From: an uncultured Candidatus Peribacteria bacterium
Lineage (GTDB): Bacteria; Patescibacteriota; Gracilibacteria; Peribacterales; Peribacteraceae
DNA: 50,033 nt
Direction: 5' to 3'
Assembly: GCA_964623835.1 (NCBI GenBank)
Contig: CAZUVN010000001.1
Coordinates: forward strand, 1-50,033
Position numbers and translations under genes: made by a program
Shown: in pieces, positions 41,244 through 49,821 of the stretch
Layout: every line of letters starts with the position of its first letter
How positions within the stretch are numbered: the stretch's first letter is position 1
The notes under the pieces: generated by a model
Told to the model about the DNA's origin: nothing
The model's database searches: none
Seen by the model: the letters and a program-made list of their open reading frames with translations, nothing else

Positions 41244-41912
41244 TCAGGGAACCGGAGTAAACGTTACGTGGATGCCGACATTCACGTCTTCCGCAAACAC
41301 TTCCGCAAGCTCAAGGCTTGGGATCTGGCGGATGACAATATCGTCCTGCAGTACGTCGGTCTCAACTTGCAGAAGGCTGATCAATTGTCCGCGGACAAAA
41401 ATCCCGATGTTCTTTCCTTTCATTTGCTTAAACAATTCGGACATTTTCGTGCGTCCTTCTTCCGAGAACACCAAGCGAACGGCACCTAAATCGGAATCAT
41501 TCTCTTTACCGGCTTCGACCCAGATCAAATCATCGTGGGTGATACCCGTATTCACGAAGCCTCCGTGTCTCTCCACCGTAATATCCGCTTCCTCATCTGC
41601 AGACACCTGTGACATAACCCGCAAATCAAACGGTTCCTGCAGGTCGGTGATAAGTGCATCAAGTGCTTCCTGATGCTCTGCTCCAATAGTAATGAGCGCA
41701 CCTGAGCCATTTGGCTGGATGTTGCTCTTCAGGGGCTCTTCTCCCATCGATTCGAGCCGACGCTGCACGACGTTCAAGCTCTGCGTCAGAACTGTCTGAC
41801 GCTGCACCTGTCCTTCTACACTGATGACATCTGCGCGAAAGGAGATAGTCGGTGTCTCTCCGCAGGCAGAGAGCAGCAGAACGGCGAATGAAAGGGGAAT
41901 GAGGCGTTTCAT
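41244..41912 (-). CDS. lipoprotein resembling the SecD periplasmic head domain
   Basis: 222-aa ORF with lipobox LLLSAC. VVQRRLESMG and KGKNIGIFVRGQLISLLQVETDVLQDDIVI parallel SecD periplasmic motifs. No C-terminal TM bundle. Confidence 0.5.
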   Translation of the reverse strand: MKRLIPLSFAVLLLSACGETPTISFRADVISVEGQVQRQTVLTQSLNVVQRRLESMGEEPLKSNIQPNGSGALITIGAEHQEALDALITDLQEPFDLRVMSQVSADEEADITVERHGGFVNTGITHDDLIWVEAGKENDSDLGAVRLVFSEEGRTKMSELFKQMKGKNIGIFVRGQLISLLQVETDVLQDDIVIRQIPSLELAEVFAEDVNVGIHVTFTPVP

Positions 41913-42060
41913 GGGGTGGACGGAGTGTAGGGGAGGGTTGCCTGGAAGGCAATTCTATCGAGGGATAGGTAATCAAAGGATACAAGGACACAATCCACAA
42001 GTCGTCCAAAGAATCACCAAATTTCAACTGTTGTATCTTTGTTGATTGAGTCCTTCGTTT

Positions 42061-43014
42061 TTACGCTCTCTTGAGCGTCGTTCCCGCCCGCAGCATTTTT
42101 CCGGTCAGATCAATACCTTTCAGGACGCATCCGTCATCGATGACACAATCGCGCAGAACGCAGTCTTCAATCACGCAATCCTCAAATATGACGGTGTTTT
42201 CCAGTTCGCTCTGCCGTACCTGCGATCGTGCGCCAATCACCGCACTGCCAATACGTTCACAGTTCTCCACTGTCGCTGTCTCATCTTGTAAAAAGCGGTC
42301 GCCGACAATTGCCCGTGTTGCCTCCAAATACGTCGTAAAGGAGCCGATATCGAACCAAGGATCTTCAAATCGGAAGCAGTGCACGGACTTTCCCAGCCGC
42401 AGCAGTTCCTCAAAAATCCCACCCATGTTATCGGGTTTAATCTGTGCGAATGCGAGAAGATCTGGAATGGTCGAGCGGGGGAGAATGGCACAGCCGGTGC
42501 TGACCAATGTGCTCTTGGGTTCTTTCGGTTTTTCTTCGAAGGACGTCACATGGCCCGCGGCATCGGCGATGATGGTGCCGAAAGAGCTGGCCTGTTCCAG
42601 TGAACCGATGTCATGCGCAGCAATGAGGGCAGATGTGCCATCGAACTGTGCACAAAATTTATTCATATCGAACCCGAGCCAGTTGTCGCCGGTCAGAAGC
42701 AGGATGTCATCGTCGATCTTCTCCATCTGAATCCACTGAGCTGTTGCACCGAGAGTGCCAAGTTTCTCGTCATCGCTGCGAGTCTGTTCAATCCGCACGG
42801 TTACATTTGGCCGATCAATCGTCTTTTTCCAGACGTCGAATGCTTCTTCAAATGCAGAGTTGGTGCTGACGACCACTGGAATATCCGCAGGGATCTTTTC
42901 AATAATCCAGCTGAGCATCGGCTTACCAGCAACCGGCAACAACGGTTTTGCCCTATGTTCGGTCAGTGGCCAAAGCCGTGTTGCAAAGCCGCCAGCGAGA
43001 ATAAATGCGTGCAT
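42061..43014 (-). CDS. sugar-phosphate nucleotidyltransferase with C-terminal left-handed beta-helix
   Basis: 317-aa ORF. MHAFILAGGFATRLWPLTEHRAKPLLPVAGKPML signature. C-terminal hexapeptide-like repeats (VIFEDCVIEDCVLRDCVIDDGCVL). Confidence 0.85.
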   Translation of the reverse strand: MHAFILAGGFATRLWPLTEHRAKPLLPVAGKPMLSWIIEKIPADIPVVVSTNSAFEEAFDVWKKTIDRPNVTVRIEQTRSDDEKLGTLGATAQWIQMEKIDDDILLLTGDNWLGFDMNKFCAQFDGTSALIAAHDIGSLEQASSFGTIIADAAGHVTSFEEKPKEPKSTLVSTGCAILPRSTIPDLLAFAQIKPDNMGGIFEELLRLGKSVHCFRFEDPWFDIGSFTTYLEATRAIVGDRFLQDETATVENCERIGSAVIGARSQVRQSELENTVIFEDCVIEDCVLRDCVIDDGCVLKGIDLTGKMLRAGTTLKRA

Positions 43015-43016
43015 AA

Positions 43017-43820
43017 TTACCGGAAAAACCAGCCCAGGAATGAGTCTTTTGGACGGACGGTCGTCACCTGTTGTCCTTCAATCACGTCGATCCGTTCGTC
43101 GCCTTCAATAATCCCGAAGACCGACGGGAGAATGATGTAGCTGATACCGCGATTGCGGCATGCAGAGAGCAGATTGAGCGCCTGTTCCGGTTCATCGCAT
43201 TGAATGAGGTGTGTGATCTTGTGCTTGGTAATCGTCTCTTCCAGCTTGTTCAGTTTTCCCTCCACCGATACGCCACCGATTTCTTTCTCCTTTGCGCCGC
43301 GACCGTCGAGAATTGCAACCGGGGTCAGTGGGCTATGGTTCTTCTGCAGACGTTCAATCAGTCGCGTTGCCTCTCGTGTCGTTCCGATGATCAACGTCGG
43401 GTAGGTCGGATGTTTGCCACGCATCATCAGCCGCGACATAAAGCCAAACAGCAGATGCCAGGTCCACGGCAGAATGATGCTGAGGACGAATGCTTGAACG
43501 AGCAGTAATCGGCTAAAGAAGAGTCCGTAGATGAAGTAGTAGGACAGCGTGAACAGTGAGAGTGCAGCAATTGCGGCAACGCCGATGTACGCGAGTGTGC
43601 GGAGGCTGAGCTGTTTGCGGAGTAGTGCGAATGTGCGTGTGCCAATCAGCAGCAGCAGCCAGACAGGGCTCACTAAAAGCGTGATCATTAAATACCGATC
43701 AATCGGGAAGTCTGTTGAGAAGATGAAGCCGACGCGCAAAAAATATGCCAATGCATAGGCACCGATAAAAATCAGAAGATCGCTGATCAGCCAAATCGTG
43801 AGGAGGAGCGAGCGGCGCAT
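43017..43820 (-). CDS. N-terminal (4-TM plus Rossmann-like) portion of a WbaP/WcaJ-type phosphoglycosyltransferase, catalytic domain absent
   Basis: 267-aa ORF with four N-terminal helices and then LIIGTTREA..L......SPLTPVAILD. Stops before where the Bac_transf domain would begin. Confidence 0.55.
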   Translation of the reverse strand: MRRSLLLTIWLISDLLIFIGAYALAYFLRVGFIFSTDFPIDRYLMITLLVSPVWLLLLIGTRTFALLRKQLSLRTLAYIGVAAIAALSLFTLSYYFIYGLFFSRLLLVQAFVLSIILPWTWHLLFGFMSRLMMRGKHPTYPTLIIGTTREATRLIERLQKNHSPLTPVAILDGRGAKEKEIGGVSVEGKLNKLEETITKHKITHLIQCDEPEQALNLLSACRNRGISYIILPSVFGIIEGDERIDVIEGQQVTTVRPKDSFLGWFFR

Positions 43821-43824
43821 GGGT

Positions 43825-43894
43825 AAAGCTTATAGATTATAGCTTTTGGCTTCTAGGTTCTCTTCTAAAAACTAACAGCTAGAAGCTAGAAGCT
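43825..43894. repeat. AGCT-type periodic-arm hairpin
   Basis: aaagcttatagattatagcttttggcttctag ... agctagaagctagaagct. The right arm supplies the final codons (ASSF*) of the 43879-44721 CDS. Confidence 0.8.
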
Positions 43895-44721
43895 GTGAAC
43901 GGCAACTTCGTCACGTCCCACGGTACCGTCTTCTCCCATACATACCGACTCGTTCCGAGGGCATTGTTGTTCATCGGTAAATTCATCTTCATCCACTCAA
44001 GTTTCGCGGCAATGGCAGTATTCGTCTTTGCCCGTTCCTCAAACGCATCGCGGTGGAGGATGTACATCGCAAAGGTTTCTGCAAAGTCTTCAAACGCATC
44101 GCTCATGGCATAGCCGGAGACGAAGTCATTCTTCTTTGATTCGCGTTTCAACAGATCTGCTTCAGTCCAGCTGATGGAGAAGAATGCGGCAATCGGTGAA
44201 TCGTTATAGAACGGATCTGCGCCATCGACGAATGCGCTTTTACCGGAGAGAGGGGATCCTGGCATGTTGCTGTGAATAACGTGGGCACACTCGTGAATCA
44301 GCAGTCCAGTGAACTCTTCATCGGGAACATTGCCGGCCAGAATGATGGTCGTCTTTCCACCCAACCCGCGGTTCTTCGGGTTTTTGTACTGCACGAAGAA
44401 GTTTCGGAGGTGATCGCGGCAACCGCTTGGTAGAGCGCGAAGGACGGAATCGGCAAGTTTCTGGTGTGCCGGGGTGATATCCGACTTTTCGACTGCGGGA
44501 AGCAGTCGCTCCTGATCATTCGTTAACAGGGCCGCTGCCAGTCGCTTGCGCTTTTGACTGGAAGAAACCTTTTTGGGCGAAGCAACCGCATGATCGGCAT
44601 CATTCTGCGGAATGTTGGCTTCTACGCTTGTCACACGGGGAGTCAGCGCTATACTGGCGCTCAGAGCGAGTGCCCCCGAGAACATGATCGTAAGCCCGAT
44701 AATCGCCGTTTTACGGAACAT
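43879..44721 (-). CDS. secreted HExxH protein, possibly ATLF-like zinc metallopeptidase
   Basis: 280-aa ORF with an N-terminal signal/anchor, HECAHVIH, and a downstream AFEDFAETFAMY resembling the third-ligand EFFAE motif of lethal-factor-like peptidases. Confidence 0.5.
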   Translation of the reverse strand: MFRKTAIIGLTIMFSGALALSASIALTPRVTSVEANIPQNDADHAVASPKKVSSSQKRKRLAAALLTNDQERLLPAVEKSDITPAHQKLADSVLRALPSGCRDHLRNFFVQYKNPKNRGLGGKTTIILAGNVPDEEFTGLLIHECAHVIHSNMPGSPLSGKSAFVDGADPFYNDSPIAAFFSISWTEADLLKRESKKNDFVSGYAMSDAFEDFAETFAMYILHRDAFEERAKTNTAIAAKLEWMKMNLPMNNNALGTSRYVWEKTVPWDVTKLPFTASSF

Positions 44722-44778
44722 AGGAGAGCGTATATGGTGATTGCCAAAAGGAGTAATTTATATACTATTATCGTTTAA

Positions 44779-46230
44779 ATGTCAAATACTGCTGATCGCC
44801 CGGTTCACAACGGGCAGGAATATACGGTGACAATCGACAAAGTCACCCACGGAGGGTCTGGAATGGCCCAAATCGACGGTTTTCCTGTCTTTATACCCGG
44901 TTCTATTCCCGGGCAGCAGGTCAAAATCGTCATTACGAAGAACAAAGACCGCTATGCCGAAGGTAAGGTTTTAAAGGTCGTGCGTAAGGCCTTTGACGAA
45001 ATTCAGCCCCGTTGCCCGCATTTTGGCGAATGTGGCTGCTGTACGTGGCAGAATCTGCCGTATAACAAGCAACTGGTTTATAAGGAGGATATTGTCCGCG
45101 AGACACTGGAACACCTGACACCGGGTGATGAAGCGGTCCGCAAGCAGCTTCCCGGCCGCGTGCTGAAAATTATCCCCAGCCCGCAGGTCTTCTATTATCG
45201 GAACAAGCTGGAGATGAGCTTCGGGTACACGTCGATGCGAACGGAAGAGAAGAACGGGAAGCGTGTCTACATCGACGAAGGTCCGACCATCGGATTTCAT
45301 CGTCCGAATGACTGGTCCACGGTCTTGCCGATGTCCGACTGTCATTTGTATGACGAGACACTCCCATCTCTGTTGCTGGACGTAAAACGTTTTATGGAAG
45401 AGACGAAGTTCCCCGTGCACAACCCAAAGACGCATAAGGGACTCCTTCGCACGTTGCTCCTGCGCCGAGGTGTTCACACCGGAGAGAACATGATTTGTTT
45501 CTTGGTAAATGCGCGAAAGAAAGAGTTGGAACCGATGTTCCAGCAGTTCATGCGCTTTGCGGGACGTCCCGGACTCGCGTCGCTGATGCTGATTGAAAAC
45601 ACCGGGCTCAATGACAAGCCCGATGCGCCGGTCATTCATCCGTTGGTCGGTAAGCAGACCATTACCGAGCGATTGTTCGATCTTGAATTTGATATTTCAC
45701 CCTTCTCGTTCTTCCAGACAAATACCTTGGCAGCCGAAAAGTTGTATCAGGCGATTTCCGACGGCGCCGAACTGACGCAGCGCGATACCGTGCTCGATGC
45801 GTACTGCGGCATGGGAACAATCGGTCAGTATCTTGCACGCTACTGCCAGAAAGTTGTCGGTATCGAGAGTCATCCGTCCGCGGTGGAAGATGCGTTGAAG
45901 TCCGCAGGCAAGAACCGCATCGGCAATATCAGCTTCTACAAAGGACGTGCGGAGCAGATTTTGAACGATCAGCTGAAGGCAGGCGGTAAGTATCACTTCG
46001 ATGCGATTGTTGTTGATCCGCCACGAGCAGGCATGCACCCCGATGCATTGCGCGCGTTGATTGCGCATAACGCTCCTAAGTTAGTGTACGTCTCCTGTAA
46101 TACGGCAACGTTTGCACGCGATTTGGGTGAGTTACTAAAAGCCGGATACGAACTGCGGACGGTCCAGCCGGTCGACATGTTCCCGCACACGCCGCATATT
46201 GAGACGGTGAGTGTGCTGCAGAAGAAGTAA
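44779..46230 (+). CDS. rlmD: 23S rRNA (uracil-5-)-methyltransferase, RumA/RlmD family
   Basis: 483-aa ORF. N-terminal TRAM domain, Fe-S cysteines CPHFGECGCCTWQ, SAM-binding DAYCGMGTIG and C-terminal VYVSCN..T.ARD. Confidence 0.85.
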   Translation: MSNTADRPVHNGQEYTVTIDKVTHGGSGMAQIDGFPVFIPGSIPGQQVKIVITKNKDRYAEGKVLKVVRKAFDEIQPRCPHFGECGCCTWQNLPYNKQLVYKEDIVRETLEHLTPGDEAVRKQLPGRVLKIIPSPQVFYYRNKLEMSFGYTSMRTEEKNGKRVYIDEGPTIGFHRPNDWSTVLPMSDCHLYDETLPSLLLDVKRFMEETKFPVHNPKTHKGLLRTLLLRRGVHTGENMICFLVNARKKELEPMFQQFMRFAGRPGLASLMLIENTGLNDKPDAPVIHPLVGKQTITERLFDLEFDISPFSFFQTNTLAAEKLYQAISDGAELTQRDTVLDAYCGMGTIGQYLARYCQKVVGIESHPSAVEDALKSAGKNRIGNISFYKGRAEQILNDQLKAGGKYHFDAIVVDPPRAGMHPDALRALIAHNAPKLVYVSCNTATFARDLGELLKAGYELRTVQPVDMFPHTPHIETVSVLQKK

Positions 46231-46694
46231 TGCATAAGATTAATCTCATCTGTATCGGCAATCTCCGTGAATCTTGGACGAAAGAGGCATCCAAGTTATA
46301 CGTTGATCGCCTGAAGCATGCGTTCGATTTTCGCGTGACTGAACTCATTCCCAGTCATCAACCCAATGCATCCGGACAGAAAGTAGAAGAGTCTGAGCGC
46401 TTGCTGGTCTCCGCACAAAAAACCGGCGGTGCACTGTGGATACTCGATGAAACAGGGGAAGAAATGACCTCGCAGGAATTTGCGAAGGCGATTGAAGCGA
46501 TGCGCGACCGCGGCGAGCCGATCACGTTTATCCTCGGTGGAAGCTACGGTCTCACTGACAATGTCCGTCAGGCGGGAAAGAAAATCATTCGCCTCAGTTC
46601 CATGACTCTGCCCCATGAGTTGTGTCGGGTGGTGTTTTTGGAGCAGTTGTATCGGGCGGCGGAAATTATGAAGGGGAGTGGGTATCATCATTAA
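46230..46694 (+). CDS. rlmH: 23S rRNA (pseudouridine1915-N3)-methyltransferase
   Basis: 154-aa SPOUT-type ORF with ILGGSYGL and SSMTLPHEL..V.LEQLYRA. Its start overlaps the rlmD stop (TAATG). Confidence 0.9.
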   Translation: MHKINLICIGNLRESWTKEASKLYVDRLKHAFDFRVTELIPSHQPNASGQKVEESERLLVSAQKTGGALWILDETGEEMTSQEFAKAIEAMRDRGEPITFILGGSYGLTDNVRQAGKKIIRLSSMTLPHELCRVVFLEQLYRAAEIMKGSGYHH

Positions 46695-46695
46695 A

Positions 46696-46729
46696 AGAGC
46701 TTTTAGTTGTCAGAAATTAGCTTTTGGAG
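46696..46729. repeat. AGCT-type periodic sequence
   Basis: agagcttttagttgtcagaaattagcttttggag lies between rlmH and the tRNA promoter. Confidence 0.6.
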
Positions 46730-46731
46730 TA

Positions 46732-46759
46732 TTGATCGATGTAAAACCTGCTTTATACT
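46732..46759 (+). promoter_or_regulatory. sigma70-like promoter TTGATC-16-TATACT upstream of tRNA-Glu
   Basis: Read directly. The -10 box ends 14 nt before the tRNA 5' end. Confidence 0.4.
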
Positions 46760-46773
46760 AGCGCGGCTATTTT

Positions 46774-46848
46774 GGCCCTATCGTCTAACGGTTAGGACAG
46801 CAGGTTCTCATCCTGCAAATCGGGGTTCGATTCCCCGTGGGGCTGCCA
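46774..46848 (+). tRNA. tRNA-Glu (anticodon CUC), CCA encoded
   Basis: Cloverleaf folded by hand. Acceptor GGCCCTA/TGGGGCT, D stem GTCT/GGAC, anticodon stem GCAGG/CCTGC with loop TTCTCAT, T arm CGGGG-TTCGATT-CCCCG, discriminator G plus CCA. Confidence 0.9.
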
Positions 46849-46852
46849 CATC

Positions 46853-47434
46853 TCACTCATGCCCGTGCACTGCGCGTTCAATTCGCTGATCTGGAATCAT
46901 CCACATCAACGCGACTATGACGTACATGCCGAGGGCGATCCACGGACTCCAGAATGAAGCGGGGATACCAAGGAGGTATAGACCAATCGAGATCTCCTCT
47001 TTTTTTGAATGTACGATCGCATCACGAAGTTGCTGGTTGGCGTCGCAGTGAGCGAGGATGGTTTTTTGCAGAATGTAGTAGGCGATGGCACCGAGGAGAA
47101 GAACGCCGCCGTAGAGGGCGGTTGGGAGCATTGCGAAACCACTCTCGGACATCCAGCCGGTGCTGAAGGGAATCAGTGACAGCCAGAAGAGCAGATGCAG
47201 GTTCGCCCACATGATCGCTCCATCGATGTGATCGGTTGCCGCAAGCATGTGATGATGATTGTTCCAGTAGATCGCCAGGTAAATGTAGCTTAGGACATAC
47301 GCGAGGAACGTCGGAATCAGCGGCCGGAGATCGGCCCACGTTTCACCATGTGGAATTTGCAATTCCAACACCATGATGGTCATGGCAATAGCAATGACGG
47401 CGTCTGAGAAGATTTCGAGGCGGGAAGTATTCAT
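46853..47434 (-). CDS. TMEM175/DUF1211-family potassium channel-like membrane protein
   Basis: 193-aa ORF. The N-terminal RLEIFSDAVIAIAMTIMVLEL signature helix is followed by five more hydrophobic helices. Confidence 0.8.
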   Translation of the reverse strand: MNTSRLEIFSDAVIAIAMTIMVLELQIPHGETWADLRPLIPTFLAYVLSYIYLAIYWNNHHHMLAATDHIDGAIMWANLHLLFWLSLIPFSTGWMSESGFAMLPTALYGGVLLLGAIAYYILQKTILAHCDANQQLRDAIVHSKKEEISIGLYLLGIPASFWSPWIALGMYVIVALMWMIPDQRIERAVHGHE

Positions 47435-47459
47435 GCTTCACATAGTAGCATAACCGACT

Positions 47460-47963
47460 TCACTGATTGTTTACCCCGACCCCTAACGTAATACTGGTTG
47501 TCTCACCATCGCTTATAGCCTGCAAGGACAGTATGCGATTGTCTTTTTCGGCGCTGAGCATGTGGATCCCATTCATGTTTGCCGTTCCTGTAATTTCCCA
47601 GCCTTCAGCTGCTACCGCCGATTCGTAATATGCGATTACATCATTCGCTGATGCACTAGTTTGCAGCGACAGCATGGCGAAATTTTCATTATTCTGATTC
47701 GAGGTGCCAGAGAATGTCGCCGTTGAACCGGGGAAAATCGGGGCATCGGAGGGCCAGTCAGAAGGGATTTCGGCATTTGTTGAGATGCTGACATCGTTCA
47801 CTTCAAATTGCATGGAGCCGTCTTCCTCGATGTTCACTTCGGCATCACGTCCCATCTCTTCCTCCATCTTCGTTTCAATCATTGTTTCTATGCTTTGAGT
47901 ACAGCTCGCAAGTACCAATGAAAGGACGGAGAGAGCTGTTAGGGAGGAGGCAGTGATACGCAT
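47460..47963 (-). CDS. hypothetical lipoprotein
   Basis: 167-aa ORF with lipobox LVLASC. Acidic N-terminal region. Confidence 0.55.
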   Translation of the reverse strand: MRITASSLTALSVLSLVLASCTQSIETMIETKMEEEMGRDAEVNIEEDGSMQFEVNDVSISTNAEIPSDWPSDAPIFPGSTATFSGTSNQNNENFAMLSLQTSASANDVIAYYESAVAAEGWEITGTANMNGIHMLSAEKDNRILSLQAISDGETTSITLGVGVNNQ

Positions 47964-47972
47964 GAGAAAAGA

Positions 47973-47983
47973 GGGGGGGGGGG
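47973..47983. repeat. G11 homopolymer (C11 on the coding strand)
   Basis: Eleven consecutive G residues, 9 nt upstream (minus strand) of the ATG of the 47460-47963 lipoprotein gene. Confidence 0.95.
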
Positions 47984-47988
47984 AGTGA

Positions 47989-49317
47989 TTAACGGTGAGT
48001 AACTTGATAGGTCTTATCCATGGCTATCCAGAAGACACGGTTATCAATACACAGAGGATTATTGCCGGCATCTTTACAGTCGCCGTTTTCAATAATATTT
48101 CCGTGCTTCACGAAGCCGCTGTTGGGGTTATCCTCGTACGGATTTTCTTTCACGTTCTGCACAGTCGCTGCGTGGATCTGTTCTGCAGACCAGTCGGGGT
48201 GGGCCTGTGAAATACTGTCACGCTGGCGGTTGTATGCGGCAGCGAGGCCGACGAACATTTCTTGCTGTGCTGCATCTTTGAACGACGTCAGTGCGTTGTC
48301 GACAATACCGACTACAACGAACGCATCGCCTGCGACCGTCTTTGCGATATCTTCAACCGACTCCTTTAGCTTTCCAGACACTTCATCTTTTGCCTTACCG
48401 ACCAATGTTTCTGTCACGCGATCCAACCGACCTTGTTGTAGGAAGTCATTGTCTTTTTGCTGTTCGAGCATAGCCGCATACACGGTCAGAGCATCCTCCG
48501 CTTTCGAGCGTTCTGTTGGTGCGTCTTCACCCACCAGTTTGTCCTTCATGCGATCAAAGAAGCCTTTGCTGAGAATGTCAGAGGCGGACATATTCTTGAC
48601 CGCGTCTTTTGGATCGTAACTGTCGATGAAGAGTTTCTTCAGTTCCTGTAGCTGATCGAATGTTGTCGAGACACTATCCATTTTTTCACCGGCACTCTCC
48701 AAAAACTCTTTGTAGTTCTGCAGTCCGGCCAAGCGATCGGGATCGGTCTCATGCTCAATGTCCCAATCGAGCAGCTGCATATAGCCGCTCTTTCCTGCAT
48801 CACCAATCGTATTCAGATCTTCTTTCACTTTATCATTCTCAAACGGGTTCTCGGTCGGAGTGGTCTCGGGCTTTGGTTCTGGTTTCACACATGCGCCGTC
48901 TTTGAATTCGTAGCCATCGCCACATCCTTTCCCGTTGCGCGCCCAGGCTGCACGACATGCTGCTTCATCTGGTGCCTTCGTACAGTCTTCAACGTTGTGA
49001 TTTCTAAATGCATTCTCTAGGCACTCTTCTTTTGAGTAGCTCATGAATCCGCCCTCCACTCCATCGCATGCCGTCGGGTCTCCTGTGTTTCCCGCAATCT
49101 GCAAAAAGCACTTATCGCGTGGCGGGTTGCTGCCGGTAAATCCTTCGCCAGCGATTTTCTCGCAGTTGTCCGGCTCGCTGTCTTGCACTGCAGCTGCTTG
49201 GTAACAGTGGTCGGGATCGGGGCCGACTTCACAGAAAATTTCCATGATGTCGCCCAAGCATCCGCTCAGTAAAAGTGATGAGGGAAGGACTGCCAGCAGA
49301 GCAAGGCGACCGATCAT
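47989..49317 (-). CDS. Cys-rich hypothetical lipoprotein
   Basis: Start trimmed to MIGRLALLAVLPSSLLLSGC (lipobox), which gives an ATGA overlap with the upstream gene. About 14 Cys in the first 140 mature residues, then a helical region. Confidence 0.55.
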   Translation of the reverse strand: MIGRLALLAVLPSSLLLSGCLGDIMEIFCEVGPDPDHCYQAAAVQDSEPDNCEKIAGEGFTGSNPPRDKCFLQIAGNTGDPTACDGVEGGFMSYSKEECLENAFRNHNVEDCTKAPDEAACRAAWARNGKGCGDGYEFKDGACVKPEPKPETTPTENPFENDKVKEDLNTIGDAGKSGYMQLLDWDIEHETDPDRLAGLQNYKEFLESAGEKMDSVSTTFDQLQELKKLFIDSYDPKDAVKNMSASDILSKGFFDRMKDKLVGEDAPTERSKAEDALTVYAAMLEQQKDNDFLQQGRLDRVTETLVGKAKDEVSGKLKESVEDIAKTVAGDAFVVVGIVDNALTSFKDAAQQEMFVGLAAAYNRQRDSISQAHPDWSAEQIHAATVQNVKENPYEDNPNSGFVKHGNIIENGDCKDAGNNPLCIDNRVFWIAMDKTYQVTHR

Positions 49318-49754
49318 TTCTTGGCGGGGAAGAGGAGGGGAATGCTCAGTAGAATCGTCAGAATTATCGCAATCAAAGATCCCCAGAGAAGCGGACGTGC
49401 CGCAAAGTCGATGACCACACGGGCAATAGGCGTATAGCGCGGTTCGCCGGTGACCTGCCATCCGAAGGCGAACCAGGGTGCGATGCTCGCAAGGACTACC
49501 ATTGGATGAAGCAGAGTGGTCTTTCGTAGACGAACAATGCGTCGAATCAGATTCAAGATACCTGCCACAATCATCGAAAGAATTCCTGCGATAGGACCAA
49601 TACTCCACGCGGTATAGGTTGCGATCTGTTGAATTTGTCCATTGCCGATATCATCACCTGTTGGCTGCAGCACCGCGTAGGCAATTGTGCTCACCACTGC
49701 CAAGTCGAGGCAGATGCAGAAGGGGAACCAAGCAGAAGCAAGGAAGCGGCGCAT
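49314..49754 (-). CDS. small polytopic membrane protein, hypothetical (start uncertain: 49754 or 49865)
   Basis: Four hydrophobic helices. The longer ORF version would overlap the upstream hydrolase-like gene. Confidence 0.4.
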   Translation of the reverse strand: MRRFLASAWFPFCICLDLAVVSTIAYAVLQPTGDDIGNGQIQQIATYTAWSIGPIAGILSMIVAGILNLIRRIVRLRKTTLLHPMVVLASIAPWFAFGWQVTGEPRYTPIARVVIDFAARPLLWGSLIAIILTILLSIPLLFPAKK

Positions 49755-49821
49755 AGATCGTTTGGAAGTGTGATCCTGCCGCGTGACCTCTGCAAGGTGT
49801 TTCAGGGCGCTGACCAGTGAA

